In this document: piece by piece, positions 47,943-57,919 of the stretch
How the letters are laid out: each line of letters starts with the position of its first letter
Position numbering within the stretch: position 1 is the first letter of the stretch
NCBI GenBank assembly: GCA_021790385.1
Contig: JAJYDW010000005.1
Coordinates: 6,294-70,293 of the forward strand
Reading direction: 5' to 3'
DNA: 64,000 nucleotides
DNA from: Planctomycetota bacterium
GTDB taxonomy: Bacteria > Planctomycetota > Phycisphaerae > WQYP01
Position numbers and translations under genes: made by a program
The notes under the pieces: model-generated
Seen by the model: the letters and a program-made list of their open reading frames with translations, nothing else
Told to the model about the DNA's origin: nothing
Databases searched by the model: none

Positions 47943-49538
47943 TCATTGCTCCAACGATGAACCCTGCGTAATGGTACGTTTGGCCATGGTGCGAATGCGA
48001 TTGATCGCAGCCAGGTACGCCTTGGCCGAGGCTTCCAGAATATCGGTACTAAAACCGCGTCCACGCACCTTGCGGCCATTGTGAGTAAGTTCAACCATGA
48101 CTTCGCCCTGGGCCTCACGGCCGCCGGTAATGCTGCGCACCTGGTACGATTCCAGCCGGGCGCTGATACGCGTGATGCGCTGAATAACGGCGAACATGGC
48201 GTCAATCGGGCCGTCGCCGGTGGCGGCATCGGTAATGGCTGCATCCGAGGAATCCATGAGAGTAACGGTGGCGGTGGCTACACCCTGGTTGCTCGCCATC
48301 ACCTGGAGATTTTTAAGGCGAAACAGCGGAGCGGATGTTTCCAACTGCTCTTCGACCAGGGCTTCCAGGTCTTCATCGTAGATTTCCTTTTTCTTGTCGC
48401 AAAGAACCTTGAACCGCTCGAAAGCTACATCCAAAGCGGACTCCTCCAACTTCAAATCCAATTCCTCCAGGCGCTGGCGAAATGCATGGCGTCCGGAGTG
48501 TTTGCCCAGGACCAGCCGATTCTGGATTAACCCTACATCCGACGGAGACATTATTTCGTAGGTGCTGCGCTCCTTGAGAATGCCATCCTGATGAATGCCG
48601 GCCTCGTGGGCGAAGGCATTTTCTCCGACAATGGCCTTGTTGCGCTGCACCTGAAGACCGGTCAACGAGCTGACCATGCGCGAACAGGGCACAAGTTTTC
48701 GGGTGTTAATGCCTGTTTCATACGGGAAGTCCGCCTGCCGCGTGCGTATGGCCATGACGATTTCCTCCAGAGCCGCGTTGCCGGCGCGTTCACCGATTCC
48801 GTTGATGGTACATTCCACCTGCCGCGCCCCACCCGCGACAGCCGCCAGGGAATTGGCCACGGCCAAACCCAGGTCGTTGTGGCAATGGGCGCTGAAAATA
48901 ACCTTGGAGGCGCAAGGCACGTGCTGCATCAGGTATTCAAACATAGCCTGATATTCCGCCGGCAAGGCATAGCCCACAGTATCGGGGCAATTGATGGTGG
49001 TAGCTCCGGCTTCAATGGCGGCGCTAACCACTTCCGCCAGAAAATCCAATTCAGTACGGCTGGCATCTTCCGGCGAAAATTCCACATCCTGCACGTAGCT
49101 GCGGGCCAGCTTTACGCTTTCTACAGTCAGCCGGATAATTTCATCCTTGGCCTTTTTAAGTTTGAACTCGCGATGAATTTTACTGGTGGCACAGAACACA
49201 TGAATGCGGCCATGCGCGGCCCGCTGTACCGCTTCGCCGGCGCGGCGAACATCCTTTTCCGTGCATCGGGCCAGGCCGGCAACCGTGGCCCTGGTAATTT
49301 CCGAGGCGATGGCCGCTACGGCCTCAAAATCGCCGGGACTGGTGATTGGAAATCCGGCTTCTATAACATCCACCCCCAGTTGTTCAAGCGAACGGGCGAT
49401 TTCCAACTTTTCATGCAGATTCAGCGAAGCCCCCGGCGATTGCTCGCCATCACGCAGGGTGGTGTCAAAAATTCGAATTCGTGGACGATTCGCAGCAATG
49501 TCCGCGGTCACTGGTGATGGGTTTGCTTGGGTGGTCAT
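47943..49538 (-). CDS. leuA: 2-isopropylmalate synthase
   Basis: FDTTLRDGEQSPG, HCHNDLG, GERAGN, HEAGIHQDG, GKHSGRH, allosteric domain. Confidence 0.96.
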   Translation of the reverse strand: MTTQANPSPVTADIAANRPRIRIFDTTLRDGEQSPGASLNLHEKLEIARSLEQLGVDVIEAGFPITSPGDFEAVAAIASEITRATVAGLARCTEKDVRRAGEAVQRAAHGRIHVFCATSKIHREFKLKKAKDEIIRLTVESVKLARSYVQDVEFSPEDASRTELDFLAEVVSAAIEAGATTINCPDTVGYALPAEYQAMFEYLMQHVPCASKVIFSAHCHNDLGLAVANSLAAVAGGARQVECTINGIGERAGNAALEEIVMAIRTRQADFPYETGINTRKLVPCSRMVSSLTGLQVQRNKAIVGENAFAHEAGIHQDGILKERSTYEIMSPSDVGLIQNRLVLGKHSGRHAFRQRLEELDLKLEESALDVAFERFKVLCDKKKEIYDEDLEALVEEQLETSAPLFRLKNLQVMASNQGVATATVTLMDSSDAAITDAATGDGPIDAMFAVIQRITRISARLESYQVRSITGGREAQGEVMVELTHNGRKVRGRGFSTDILEASAKAYLAAINRIRTMAKRTITQGSSLEQ

Positions 49539-49593
49539 GGTTGGTTACCTCAAAAAAAAGCCACGGCGAAAAGACCATGGAAAATCAGGCCAT

Positions 49594-49625
49594 AAAAAAA
49601 CCCCGCGAGGATCGCTCGCAGGGTT
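49594..49625 (-). terminator. Attenuator terminator upstream of leuA
   Basis: AACCCUGCGAG-cgauc-CUCGCGGGGUU stem followed by a U-tract. Confidence 0.85.
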
Positions 49626-49652
49626 AGAAAGCATATTGCAGACAATACCACC

Positions 49653-49742
49653 CTACCAGCGTCCAGGCCAAAGGCCGGCCAGCCCCAGATTCAACAGGGT
49701 AAGCGACAGATACGGGAGCGTATTGGACAATCCAAATTTCAT
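49653..49742 (-). CDS. leuA leader peptide (9 Leu of 29 aa)
   Basis: MKFGLSNTLPYLSLTLLNLGLAGLWPGRW; its stop codon lies within the predicted antiterminator arm. Confidence 0.75.
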   Translation of the reverse strand: MKFGLSNTLPYLSLTLLNLGLAGLWPGRW

Positions 49743-49749
49743 GCCATTT

Positions 49750-49778
49750 AGTGTACCGCATGTTTTTGTTCTCGTCAA
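49750..49778 (-). promoter_or_regulatory. sigma70 promoter of the leu leader/leuA transcript
   Basis: TTGACG-17-TACACT on the minus strand. Confidence 0.7.
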
Positions 49779-49882
49779 GTCAAAAACCGCCCTCGAAAAA
49801 TAGATAAAAAAATCGCCGCATTGAAACGAGTCGTACACTTTCAAAATCAACCGGAGCCTTTTATAATCGTTCGTGGCCGATC

Positions 49883-49966
49883 GCCGGAGTGGCGGAACTG
49901 GCAGACGCGCCGGACTCAAAATCCGGTTCTCGCAAGAGAGTGTGGGTTCGATTCCCTCCTCCGGCA
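49883..49966 (+). tRNA. tRNA-Leu(CAA)
   Basis: GCCGGAG/CTCCGGC acceptor stem, CCGGA-CT-CAA-AA-TCCGG anticodon arm, long variable arm, GGTTCGA T-loop; CCA not encoded. Confidence 0.95.
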
Positions 49967-49970
49967 TTGG

Positions 49971-50006
49971 CCCAGACGATAACCCAGACGATAACCCAAA
50001 CGATAA
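49971..50006 (+). repeat. 3 x 12-bp tandem repeat CCCARACGATAA
   Basis: CCCAGACGATAA, CCCAGACGATAA, CCCAAACGATAA immediately after the tRNA. Confidence 0.9.
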
Positions 50007-50018
50007 CTAGGAGTGTTC

Positions 50019-50321
50019 ATGAAAACCCACCGGAAGGTGAAAGGACTACCCACCGCCAAAAGCCCCCTGACGGTCCAAACCGTTGAGCTGCCGTCCGCCC
50101 CGCCCAAGGCCAATGCCCGACGCGTGCAGCAGGTACGCAAGGGGTTGGGCATGTCCCAGGCGGTCTTCGCGGCGACGCTCAATGTATCCGTTAAACTGGT
50201 TCAAGGTTGGGAACAGGGCTTGCGTACGTGCGGTCGCGGTGAACTGCGGCTGCTGGAAATGATGGCCAAGCACCCTGAATTATTCCAGAATATTGCCACA
50301 ACCTCGGCCCCCCGCCGCTGA
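50019..50321 (+). CDS. XRE/HigA-like HTH antitoxin-type regulator
   Basis: RKGLGMSQAVFAATLNVSVKLVQGWEQG; AGGAG SD. Confidence 0.75.
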   Translation: MKTHRKVKGLPTAKSPLTVQTVELPSAPPKANARRVQQVRKGLGMSQAVFAATLNVSVKLVQGWEQGLRTCGRGELRLLEMMAKHPELFQNIATTSAPRR

Positions 50322-50322
50322 A

Positions 50323-51216
50323 TCACCAGAAACATTCCAACGGCACCCCCGGCAACCGCAGTTTGACGATCTCTAAGATCGCAGTCATTTCCTGGGGCGA
50401 TAACGGCGCGACATAATTTTCCGCGGTCTTCCGGGCCACGGTATAAAGCTGCACCAGCTTGATTCGGCCGCCGGCAGCGATGATATCCGCAATCCGCTGC
50501 GCATAGGCGTGTATTTCTTCCGGCGGCGGTGGTTGGCCATGAATTTTCATCAGCAAGGTTTGAATCACGGTGGGCCGCACCTGTGCACACCAGGTAATAT
50601 TGGCCAAAATCCGCGCCAAGCCCACACCCGGCCGATCTACCAACTGATAATAAGCGGCAGTGCCCGCATCCAGCTTGGCCCAGATTTCCCCGCCATGTTG
50701 ATCCAGATATTCCAAAGCCTCGCGCACAGATCGTCGGCCAAACATGGTGGCATTGGTTATCAGCACCAGTTTCACTCCGGATAATCCTGCCCTTTGCAGT
50801 TCCTGCGCGGCAATGTGGCAACATGGACCGAACACCGGGCAAGTGGTCGGCTCACCATCACCGGAAAAGGCGATGTCATTCAGGCGCATCAAATCCGGCC
50901 TGATGGATGCAAAATCCGGCAACCTGAAAATCTCTCCGGAAGCGGCCAGGGCCAGCATATGGCGCAATTCCGTGCGAACCACGGCCGTCTCCACGCGCCC
51001 GGTCTGGCCGGGCACACTCCGCTCGACACTGCAATAAATGCAATCAAAGTTGCAGACTTTATCCGGGTTCAAATTGATGCCGATACTTAAGCCGCCGCTG
51101 CGTCGCGACACCACCGGGTACACATAGCGATTGCCGGCCCAGGCACGTGAATGGCGGGAAAAAGCCAGTCGCGTAGCTGCCAATATTTTCGAGTTTTGGA
51201 GCACTTTATCATCCAT
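50323..51216 (-). CDS. Radical SAM protein (Fe-S oxidoreductase, TYW1-like family)
   Basis: YPVVSRRSGGLSIGINL, CNFDCIYC, FSGDGEPT, KLDAG. Confidence 0.85.
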   Translation of the reverse strand: MDDKVLQNSKILAATRLAFSRHSRAWAGNRYVYPVVSRRSGGLSIGINLNPDKVCNFDCIYCSVERSVPGQTGRVETAVVRTELRHMLALAASGEIFRLPDFASIRPDLMRLNDIAFSGDGEPTTCPVFGPCCHIAAQELQRAGLSGVKLVLITNATMFGRRSVREALEYLDQHGGEIWAKLDAGTAAYYQLVDRPGVGLARILANITWCAQVRPTVIQTLLMKIHGQPPPPEEIHAYAQRIADIIAAGGRIKLVQLYTVARKTAENYVAPLSPQEMTAILEIVKLRLPGVPLECFW

Positions 51217-51523
51217 TGCAGATCCCTTTTGGGGTGCCGCCGAATCAGGACCTGATGCCGGGGTCCAAGCAATTCTGACCGCCGATGCATCCGTCGGCTG
51301 CACCGGCCGACTGCGGCCATTTGACGCAAGCCTATCCGCTCAACTAGAGTACGGCTTGGGAAATTGGCCCAACGGGCCAGAATTCCGCCTGCGCCTGGCG
51401 GTTTTTCACCCGACCGGCAGATGCCCCGGGCTGGTACGATCCGGGCGGGCGGACTTTCCCCGGGAACCAGCATAACGTTTTGCGGCCCGTTGTAGAAGAC
51501 CCGATGCAGGAATCACCGCGACT

Positions 51524-52399
51524 TTGGATGAAAAATCAGAACATCTCACCGGGCTTTCCAGTATCCGCAACGCGCATGAAGCCAACACGACCGATCCTGT
51601 GTCGGCTGCGCCCGCGGCACAGGCAGATGCAGGCAATGGACAATCGGACTCCCTGGCGATTATTTCCGATATTCACGCCAACCTCGAGGCCCTGACCACG
51701 GTACTGGAGAATATCGCCAAACGGGGCATCCGGAAGATTTGCTGCCTTGGAGATGTCATTGGCTACGGCCCCAATCCTCTGGAATGTATTGACCTGGTGC
51801 TGGAGAATTGCCAGTTTACCATTATGGGCAATCATGATTTTGCGATATTTTATGAACCTTATAATTTTAATACCGCTGCTGAAAACGCAGCTTTCTGGAC
51901 GCGCCAGCAGTTTGAAACTGATCCGGACAAGCCGCGCCGCAATCGGCGCTGGCGCTATCTGGGATCCATGCAAACCCGCATGTTAAACGAAAAATTTCTG
52001 GCCGTGCATGGATCCCCCCGGCGACCGATCAATGAATATATTTTTCCGGACGACATTTATTCCGCCACCCAAAAACTCTCCGGCATTTTTGACCGCGTGC
52101 CCCACTTGTGCTTCGTGGGCCATACCCATGTGCCGGGGGTATTTGTGGAGCACCCTGATTTTTATTCGCCGGCCGATCTGGACAATCGTTACACCATCAG
52201 CAGCGAAAAAGCGGTTATTAACGTTGGCAGTGTAGGCCAGCCGCGGGACCACGATCCACGGGCGAGCTTTGCCATTCTTCACGCGGATGCCGTCGAATTC
52301 GTCCGGCTGTCCTATGATGTCAACGCCACGGTGGAAAAGGTGAGATCCATAGATGCACTCGACAACTTTCTGGGGCAACGCCTGCTGGAGGGCGTTTAG
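51524..52399 (+). CDS. Calcineurin-like metallophosphoesterase
   Basis: SDIHAN, GDVIGYG, GNHD, HGSP, GHTH, NVGSVGQPRD. Confidence 0.9.
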   Translation: MDEKSEHLTGLSSIRNAHEANTTDPVSAAPAAQADAGNGQSDSLAIISDIHANLEALTTVLENIAKRGIRKICCLGDVIGYGPNPLECIDLVLENCQFTIMGNHDFAIFYEPYNFNTAAENAAFWTRQQFETDPDKPRRNRRWRYLGSMQTRMLNEKFLAVHGSPRRPINEYIFPDDIYSATQKLSGIFDRVPHLCFVGHTHVPGVFVEHPDFYSPADLDNRYTISSEKAVINVGSVGQPRDHDPRASFAILHADAVEFVRLSYDVNATVEKVRSIDALDNFLGQRLLEGV

Positions 52400-52539
52400 T
52401 GAAGATGTAATACTAGTCCCCCGCCGCCGACAGGATCCCGGAGATCATCCGCAAGCAGTACCCTTGGTACCGGTGGGTTTAACGATACGACGGTTGCCAT
52501 GACCTGGCCAAGCCTTTACCGCATACGTAACTGGAGGTT

Positions 52540-54498
52540 TTGATGAACGGTAAAAAACTGCTCAATTTTCTAATGATTTTCGTCGTGGCTTTTCTGGCCA
52601 TGAACCTGTTCACGCATTTCTTTTTTAAGCCCAAAGGCAAGCCTCACGCCCGCCCGCAAGGCGGCACGGAGGCAACGGGCGGTGCGGCCACAGGATATCA
52701 AAAGGTGGTACCTGTCAATGTCGTGCAACCCACCCGCATTACCCTGGGTAGTGCGGTCAAGGGCCAGCCGTATCTGCTGGCGGTTTCGGTGAGCAATGTT
52801 TCCGCGGGTATTGAAAATGTCCAGCTCAACGCGGCCCAATATCGGCAACATATCGGATCTGATCAACCGCTGCTGCTGCTGACCGCCCGCCCGTCTTCGC
52901 CACTCCCGTTTGCTACCACGGGTGTCGTCATCAACGGAATCAGCTATCCGCTGGAGCACGTCGTGTGGGGCGTGCTGCCGACCCCGGCAATCCTCAGCCG
53001 GCTGAGTACCACGCTCAGCGTAACCGTGGCGGATGCCGCCGGCCATCCGTTGGCCCGCATCGACAAAACTTTTCGCATTAACCCGACAACCTATGATGTG
53101 CGCATCAGGCAGAAAATTTACAACTTAACTTCCCAGCCGATACGCGTTGCCGTAGATCAACTTGGACCAACCGATCTGCCGCTGCAGGACCGGCAGGAAG
53201 ACATGCGCACGTTTATGAGTGCCGGCTATCGGCAACAAAGTCATTATCTGGATACCAGCGGTTTTCCTGAGGTGTATCAAACCGCCATGGCCGAATCTGG
53301 TGCCAAGCCGGTAAAACTCGGGCTATTTACCGGCCAAAACCGCCTCCTGTGGATCGCCACGTCCAATCGTTTTTTCACCGCCATTGTAAGGCCTCTGCCG
53401 TATGGTCCCATTCACTGGGATCCATTGGATAACGGCCAGCAGATTCCGCGCATTACGTACCTTCATTCCGCCTGGGTTAAGCGTATAGGCTCAGAAAACA
53501 GCAGTGCCGAACCACGCGGAATTGCCGCGGTGGTGCTGCACGGCGCGCCTTTGCTTATCCCCGCGGGCGGCCACACCGCCATGCCCCTGAGCGTTTATTT
53601 TGGCCCGAAAAAGCGTTCCCTGCTCGCCGGATCAGCTCATGCCAAGCCGGGTACCCCCGCCTACGAATACAACCTGTTTCATTACCTGGCGGTCATACAA
53701 TTTAATCAGGGAAGCTGGTGTTCTTTCCTGACGTTTGCGTGGCTGGCCCTGGCCATTCTCAAAATTTTGACCTGGCTGCACGCCCTGATTCCCAATTACG
53801 GCATCGCCATTATGATCTTTGTGCTGCTGATCCGTCTGCTGCTGCACCCCTTGACGCGCTACGGGCAGGTCACCATGACTAAAACCCAGCGGAAAATGGC
53901 GGCGCTGGCCCCCGATCTGGAACGCCTGCGCACCAAATACGCCAAGGACAAGGCCCGTCTTCAGCAGGAAACAATGGCGTTATACAAAGAACGCAACGTG
54001 AATCCGGCCAGCAGCATACTGGGTTGTTTGCCCATGCTGCTGCAAATGCCCATCTGGATAGCTCTGTATTCAGGCCTGGCTGTGGACATAGACCTGCGCC
54101 AAGCGGGCTTTATTCCGGGCTGGATTACGAATTTATCCAACCCCGATACCATCTTCAGCCATCAGATCGGCTTTCATATACCCATTCTCGGCTACCAGTT
54201 TGAAGGACATAATTTCATCGCGTTTAATCTGCTGCCCCTGCTTTTAGGCGTGGTTTTCTATCTGCAGATGAAAATGCAGATGAAACTGGCTCCACCCCCA
54301 ACCGACCCCCAGCAGCGGCAGACACAAATGATCTCGCAGTACATGATTCTGCTGTTTCCGCTGTTTTTGTACAACGCTCCCTCCGGGTTAAACCTGTACA
54401 TCTGCGCCAGTACACTGGGAGGACTGGTGGATTCCTGGCTGGTGCGACGTCACTTGCGTAAGATGGACGCTGCGGCAGCCCTGGCCGGTGCCAAATGA
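52540..54498 (+). CDS. yidC: Membrane protein insertase YidC
   Basis: N-terminal TM, large periplasmic domain, NYGIAI, GCLPMLLQMPIWIALY, PSGLNLY. Confidence 0.93.
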   Translation: MMNGKKLLNFLMIFVVAFLAMNLFTHFFFKPKGKPHARPQGGTEATGGAATGYQKVVPVNVVQPTRITLGSAVKGQPYLLAVSVSNVSAGIENVQLNAAQYRQHIGSDQPLLLLTARPSSPLPFATTGVVINGISYPLEHVVWGVLPTPAILSRLSTTLSVTVADAAGHPLARIDKTFRINPTTYDVRIRQKIYNLTSQPIRVAVDQLGPTDLPLQDRQEDMRTFMSAGYRQQSHYLDTSGFPEVYQTAMAESGAKPVKLGLFTGQNRLLWIATSNRFFTAIVRPLPYGPIHWDPLDNGQQIPRITYLHSAWVKRIGSENSSAEPRGIAAVVLHGAPLLIPAGGHTAMPLSVYFGPKKRSLLAGSAHAKPGTPAYEYNLFHYLAVIQFNQGSWCSFLTFAWLALAILKILTWLHALIPNYGIAIMIFVLLIRLLLHPLTRYGQVTMTKTQRKMAALAPDLERLRTKYAKDKARLQQETMALYKERNVNPASSILGCLPMLLQMPIWIALYSGLAVDIDLRQAGFIPGWITNLSNPDTIFSHQIGFHIPILGYQFEGHNFIAFNLLPLLLGVVFYLQMKMQMKLAPPPTDPQQRQTQMISQYMILLFPLFLYNAPSGLNLYICASTLGGLVDSWLVRRHLRKMDAAAALAGAK

Positions 54499-54533
54499 TG
54501 TGTTGATGGGGCCACAGCCCTTCGCGAGCCATC

Positions 54534-55895
54534 ATGATTACCACAGATACCATTGTCGCCGTCAGCTCGCCACCCGGTCGTGGAACCAGGGGAATTATCC
54601 GCCTCAGCGGCCCGGACTCTCATCGCCTGGCGATGCAGGTCGTAGAAATTCTGCAACCTTTGAACACCGGCTTTTGGCTTGCGGCGCAGGTGCGCAGTGT
54701 CAAGGCCCCGGCGGGCGTTATTTTTCTGGAAAAACCGCGAAGTTTCACCGGCCAGGCGATGGTCGAACTTCATCTGCCTGGATCCCCCGTATTACTCCAG
54801 ATGGTTATGGCGGAACTGCTCCTGGCCGGCGGCCGGAGCGCTCAACCCGGGGAATTCACAGCCCGGGCATTTTGCGGCGGCAAATTTGACTTGACGCGTG
54901 CCGAGGGTATTGCCGCGACCATCGCCGCCCGCAATCGTCGACAACTCCGCGCCGCTGAAAACCTGCGAAGCGGAGAATTGTTTCGTTGGACGCATAACCT
55001 GGCGGACCAACTGGCGGAGCTTTTGGCGCTCGTGGAGGCCAATATTGATTTTACCGAAGAGCCCGATGTCAGTTTCATCTCCGCTGCAGCCCTGCACCGG
55101 CAGTTGGAAGCTCTGGGTGATAAAATCGCCGCACTGGTGGATAGCGCCGGCCGGTGGGAAGATTCTGATTGCCAACCGTCGGTGGTCATGCTGGGCCGAC
55201 CCAATGTCGGCAAAAGCTCACTTTTGAACGCCCTGCGCGGCGAACACCGGGCCATTGTTTCAGACCTGGCCGGCACCACACGCGACGCGATCTCGGTGAG
55301 CCTCTGCCACAAGGGGCTGCACTTTCGCCTGACCGATGTTGCCGGCACAAGTGATCACCCATCCCCGTTGGGGCTGCAAATGGACATGGCTCGCGAGCAA
55401 TGTCTGCAGACTGCCGATGTCATTTTACTGGTAACAGCTCCACCGGAAGATCCACGGTTGGCCGCGAAAGCCCTGGCCGACACTATGGAAAAATACAGCG
55501 TACCGCTCATTTTGGTGCAAAACAAGGCTGATCTTCCTGCATTTTCTGCCGTAGATGCCCATCATTTACCCTGGCCGACTATCAACGTTTCTGCCCGCAC
55601 CGGCCAGAATATCGATCCGCTCCAAGACCTGATAACCAGTGCCATCAACCAGGGACCTGCGTTGACCGGCGACCATATCGCGCTGAATGCCCGTCATCGC
55701 GTGGTGCTGCAGCAGGCACTTGGCTCCATGCGGGAAGCGGAAAAACTCTGCTCCACCACCGCTGGTGATACCATGCCGGAACTGCTGGCCGGAGAACTGC
55801 GGCAGGCCTTGCAGGCCCTGGGCGAAATTTCCGGGGCCATCAGCGCCGATGACCTGCTGGGTAAAATTTTCGGCCGATTCTGCATCGGCAAATAA
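54534..55895 (+). CDS. mnmE: tRNA modification GTPase MnmE
   Basis: DTIVAVSS, PGEFTARAF, GRPNVGKS, GTTRD, NKAD, C-terminal FCIGK. Confidence 0.95.
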   Translation: MITTDTIVAVSSPPGRGTRGIIRLSGPDSHRLAMQVVEILQPLNTGFWLAAQVRSVKAPAGVIFLEKPRSFTGQAMVELHLPGSPVLLQMVMAELLLAGGRSAQPGEFTARAFCGGKFDLTRAEGIAATIAARNRRQLRAAENLRSGELFRWTHNLADQLAELLALVEANIDFTEEPDVSFISAAALHRQLEALGDKIAALVDSAGRWEDSDCQPSVVMLGRPNVGKSSLLNALRGEHRAIVSDLAGTTRDAISVSLCHKGLHFRLTDVAGTSDHPSPLGLQMDMAREQCLQTADVILLVTAPPEDPRLAAKALADTMEKYSVPLILVQNKADLPAFSAVDAHHLPWPTINVSARTGQNIDPLQDLITSAINQGPALTGDHIALNARHRVVLQQALGSMREAEKLCSTTAGDTMPELLAGELRQALQALGEISGAISADDLLGKIFGRFCIGK

Positions 55896-55902
55896 CGCCT
55901 CT

Positions 55903-56754
55903 CTATGCCACCGCGGCCAGGGAAATTACCTGCTCGCACAAAGCGGACACCGTGTATTGCCGGGCCAGATCGATCGCCACCACCGCACCGTGATTGTGCG
56001 ACGAATCAATCAGAAACAAACGCTCGGCCATATCACCAAACCCCTTTTCCCGGGGTTGATGTCCACAGATAAAAATCTCTGCAAACCACAGGCGGGAAAG
56101 TTCCCGGAGCACCCCCACAGTCTGATGGCGCCCCCAAATCATGCGGTAAACCGAGCCCATCCGGGCATAATCACCGGCGCCAAGCGGGCGCGTGAGAATG
56201 CCGGGGTCGAAATGGGCCATATCCGTCGGCCCGGGCAGCGAATGACTGACCAAAATACCATTCACCGTAATACAGGCCAGCGGTAAACTCAGCACAAACG
56301 CCCGAAACGCCGCCGCCACCTCCGCCGCCCGCGAGCCGAAATGCACACTTATCGCCCGGTTAAAGCGATCCGTCAGGTCGTATCCATCCTTGAGAATAGG
56401 CATGCCGAAAATCTGCGCCCAGTCGTGATTAGACAAGATAAAATGCACGCGTCCGGGAAACTTCAGGGACCAGGCAATGGCTTCCATAAGTAAATCCAGA
56501 CTGTTGTCCTCGCCGTGCGCCCCCAAGGCTCCACCATGAATTAATTCCTGCAGCACAACATGCCGTTGGGTGAAAGAGTCTAAAGCAGAAAGCGTGACGA
56601 TCCGCTCAAAATTGCGGCGGTGATTGTGCAGATCGCCGGTGACTATCAACTCACCTTCTGCAGGTAAATGCAAAAGCTGGCTGTTTCGCAGCGGGTTGCC
56701 CACGGCCTGTCGGGCTGCCTGCATCAATAAATCAATCGTGTGACTGGTCTTCAT
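55903..56754 (-). CDS. Metallophosphoesterase (PPP-like)
   Basis: GDLHN, SNHD, SHS, GHQ motifs. Confidence 0.8.
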   Translation of the reverse strand: MKTSHTIDLLMQAARQAVGNPLRNSQLLHLPAEGELIVTGDLHNHRRNFERIVTLSALDSFTQRHVVLQELIHGGALGAHGEDNSLDLLMEAIAWSLKFPGRVHFILSNHDWAQIFGMPILKDGYDLTDRFNRAISVHFGSRAAEVAAAFRAFVLSLPLACITVNGILVSHSLPGPTDMAHFDPGILTRPLGAGDYARMGSVYRMIWGRHQTVGVLRELSRLWFAEIFICGHQPREKGFGDMAERLFLIDSSHNHGAVVAIDLARQYTVSALCEQVISLAAVA

Positions 56755-56858
56755 ATAAAGCGTCCGCCGCGAGAGTGCTTCAGGTGTTTTATACTACCAA
56801 CCTGGTTTATCGCCAACATCCATCCCGCCTGGCCGCACCCGGGTTGACACTTTTTTAG

Positions 56859-57755
56859 TTACGTAACCGTATCGTCCTTATTGCCGGTAGCGGCCGGGCT
56901 GGTACCGCCCAAGCCGAGGGTATCATCCAGGCGCAGGGTGGAGCTTAAGCTTAATACCAGTTCCAACCGGGAAATCACCTCATCCATACTGGCCGGGCGA
57001 TCCGATGGACGATTTTCAATACATTCCAAAATGAGTTTGGAAAATGACACGGGAATACGCGGATTGATTTCATGCGGAGAAACCAATTCGCGCGAGGATA
57101 CCGCGGCCAATCCCTGCCGGCGCTTGGGAATGACCGTGGGAACGTGCCGATCGGTGACGCACCAGTAAAAGGTGGCCCCGAAATTGAAAACGTCGGTGGC
57201 CGGGGTCAGCGGGCCCAAGGCCACCTGTTCCGGGGCGATATAATCCGGAGTTCCCTGGATGCGGGATTTGACCGTACCGATGGTACAACTCTGGCCGAAA
57301 TCAATGATCTTGCAGTGGCCATCCGGGTTGACTAGAATGTTGTTAGGTTTGATATCTGCATGTACATAGCCCAACTTATGCATGGCCCCCAGCCCGCGCG
57401 CGACCTGGCAGGCGATGGACAGCAAATCCCGTAAATTGGCCGGCCTTTCGGAGTCCAGCGAGGTGCCATCCACCAGATCCATCAGCAAATGCAATTCAAC
57501 GGTGGTCAGCAGTTTGCGTTTTTTAATCAGCCGGTGGCTTTTACGCAGGGCTGGATGGTCAAACTGGCTACTGATCTGATATTCCTGGCTGGCCTGTTCC
57601 AGGAATCTATCATCTTCGGCACTGCGGCGTATAACCCTTTTGAGAGCATAGACCTGGCCCGTCCGGTTTTCGCACACGGCATAAATAGTGCTTCTTGCTC
57701 CGTAGCCGAGACACGAAAGCACTTCAAAATCTGATATTTCCGGTAACGGTTCCAT
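56859..57755 (-). CDS. Hanks-type Ser/Thr protein kinase
   Basis: ALK, HADIKPNN, DFG, GTPDYIAPE. Confidence 0.92.
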   Translation of the reverse strand: MEPLPEISDFEVLSCLGYGARSTIYAVCENRTGQVYALKRVIRRSAEDDRFLEQASQEYQISSQFDHPALRKSHRLIKKRKLLTTVELHLLMDLVDGTSLDSERPANLRDLLSIACQVARGLGAMHKLGYVHADIKPNNILVNPDGHCKIIDFGQSCTIGTVKSRIQGTPDYIAPEQVALGPLTPATDVFNFGATFYWCVTDRHVPTVIPKRRQGLAAVSSRELVSPHEINPRIPVSFSKLILECIENRPSDRPASMDEVISRLELVLSLSSTLRLDDTLGLGGTSPAATGNKDDTVT

Positions 57756-57919
57756 TAAATTTAATCAGGTCCTTTTTCCGTCAGGGCGGCGCCCCCATAA
57801 TCCATCGGCCAAAAACAACCGGTAACATGCCGATAATTACCAACATCCAGGCCAATAGAGCAACGCGGCAGAGCTATGAGCATTGCCGCGGCGTCAAGGT
57901 CTGGATATGCCAGACCTGT

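Noticed and set aside
49743-49967. Upstream part of the 104-aa minus-strand ORF 49653-49967
   Set aside because: It is the antisense of tRNA-Leu and the promoter region; only the last 29 codons (leader peptide) are credible.
49971-50006. Tandem repeat as a CRISPR array
   Set aside because: 12-bp units with no spacers and no cas genes in the window.
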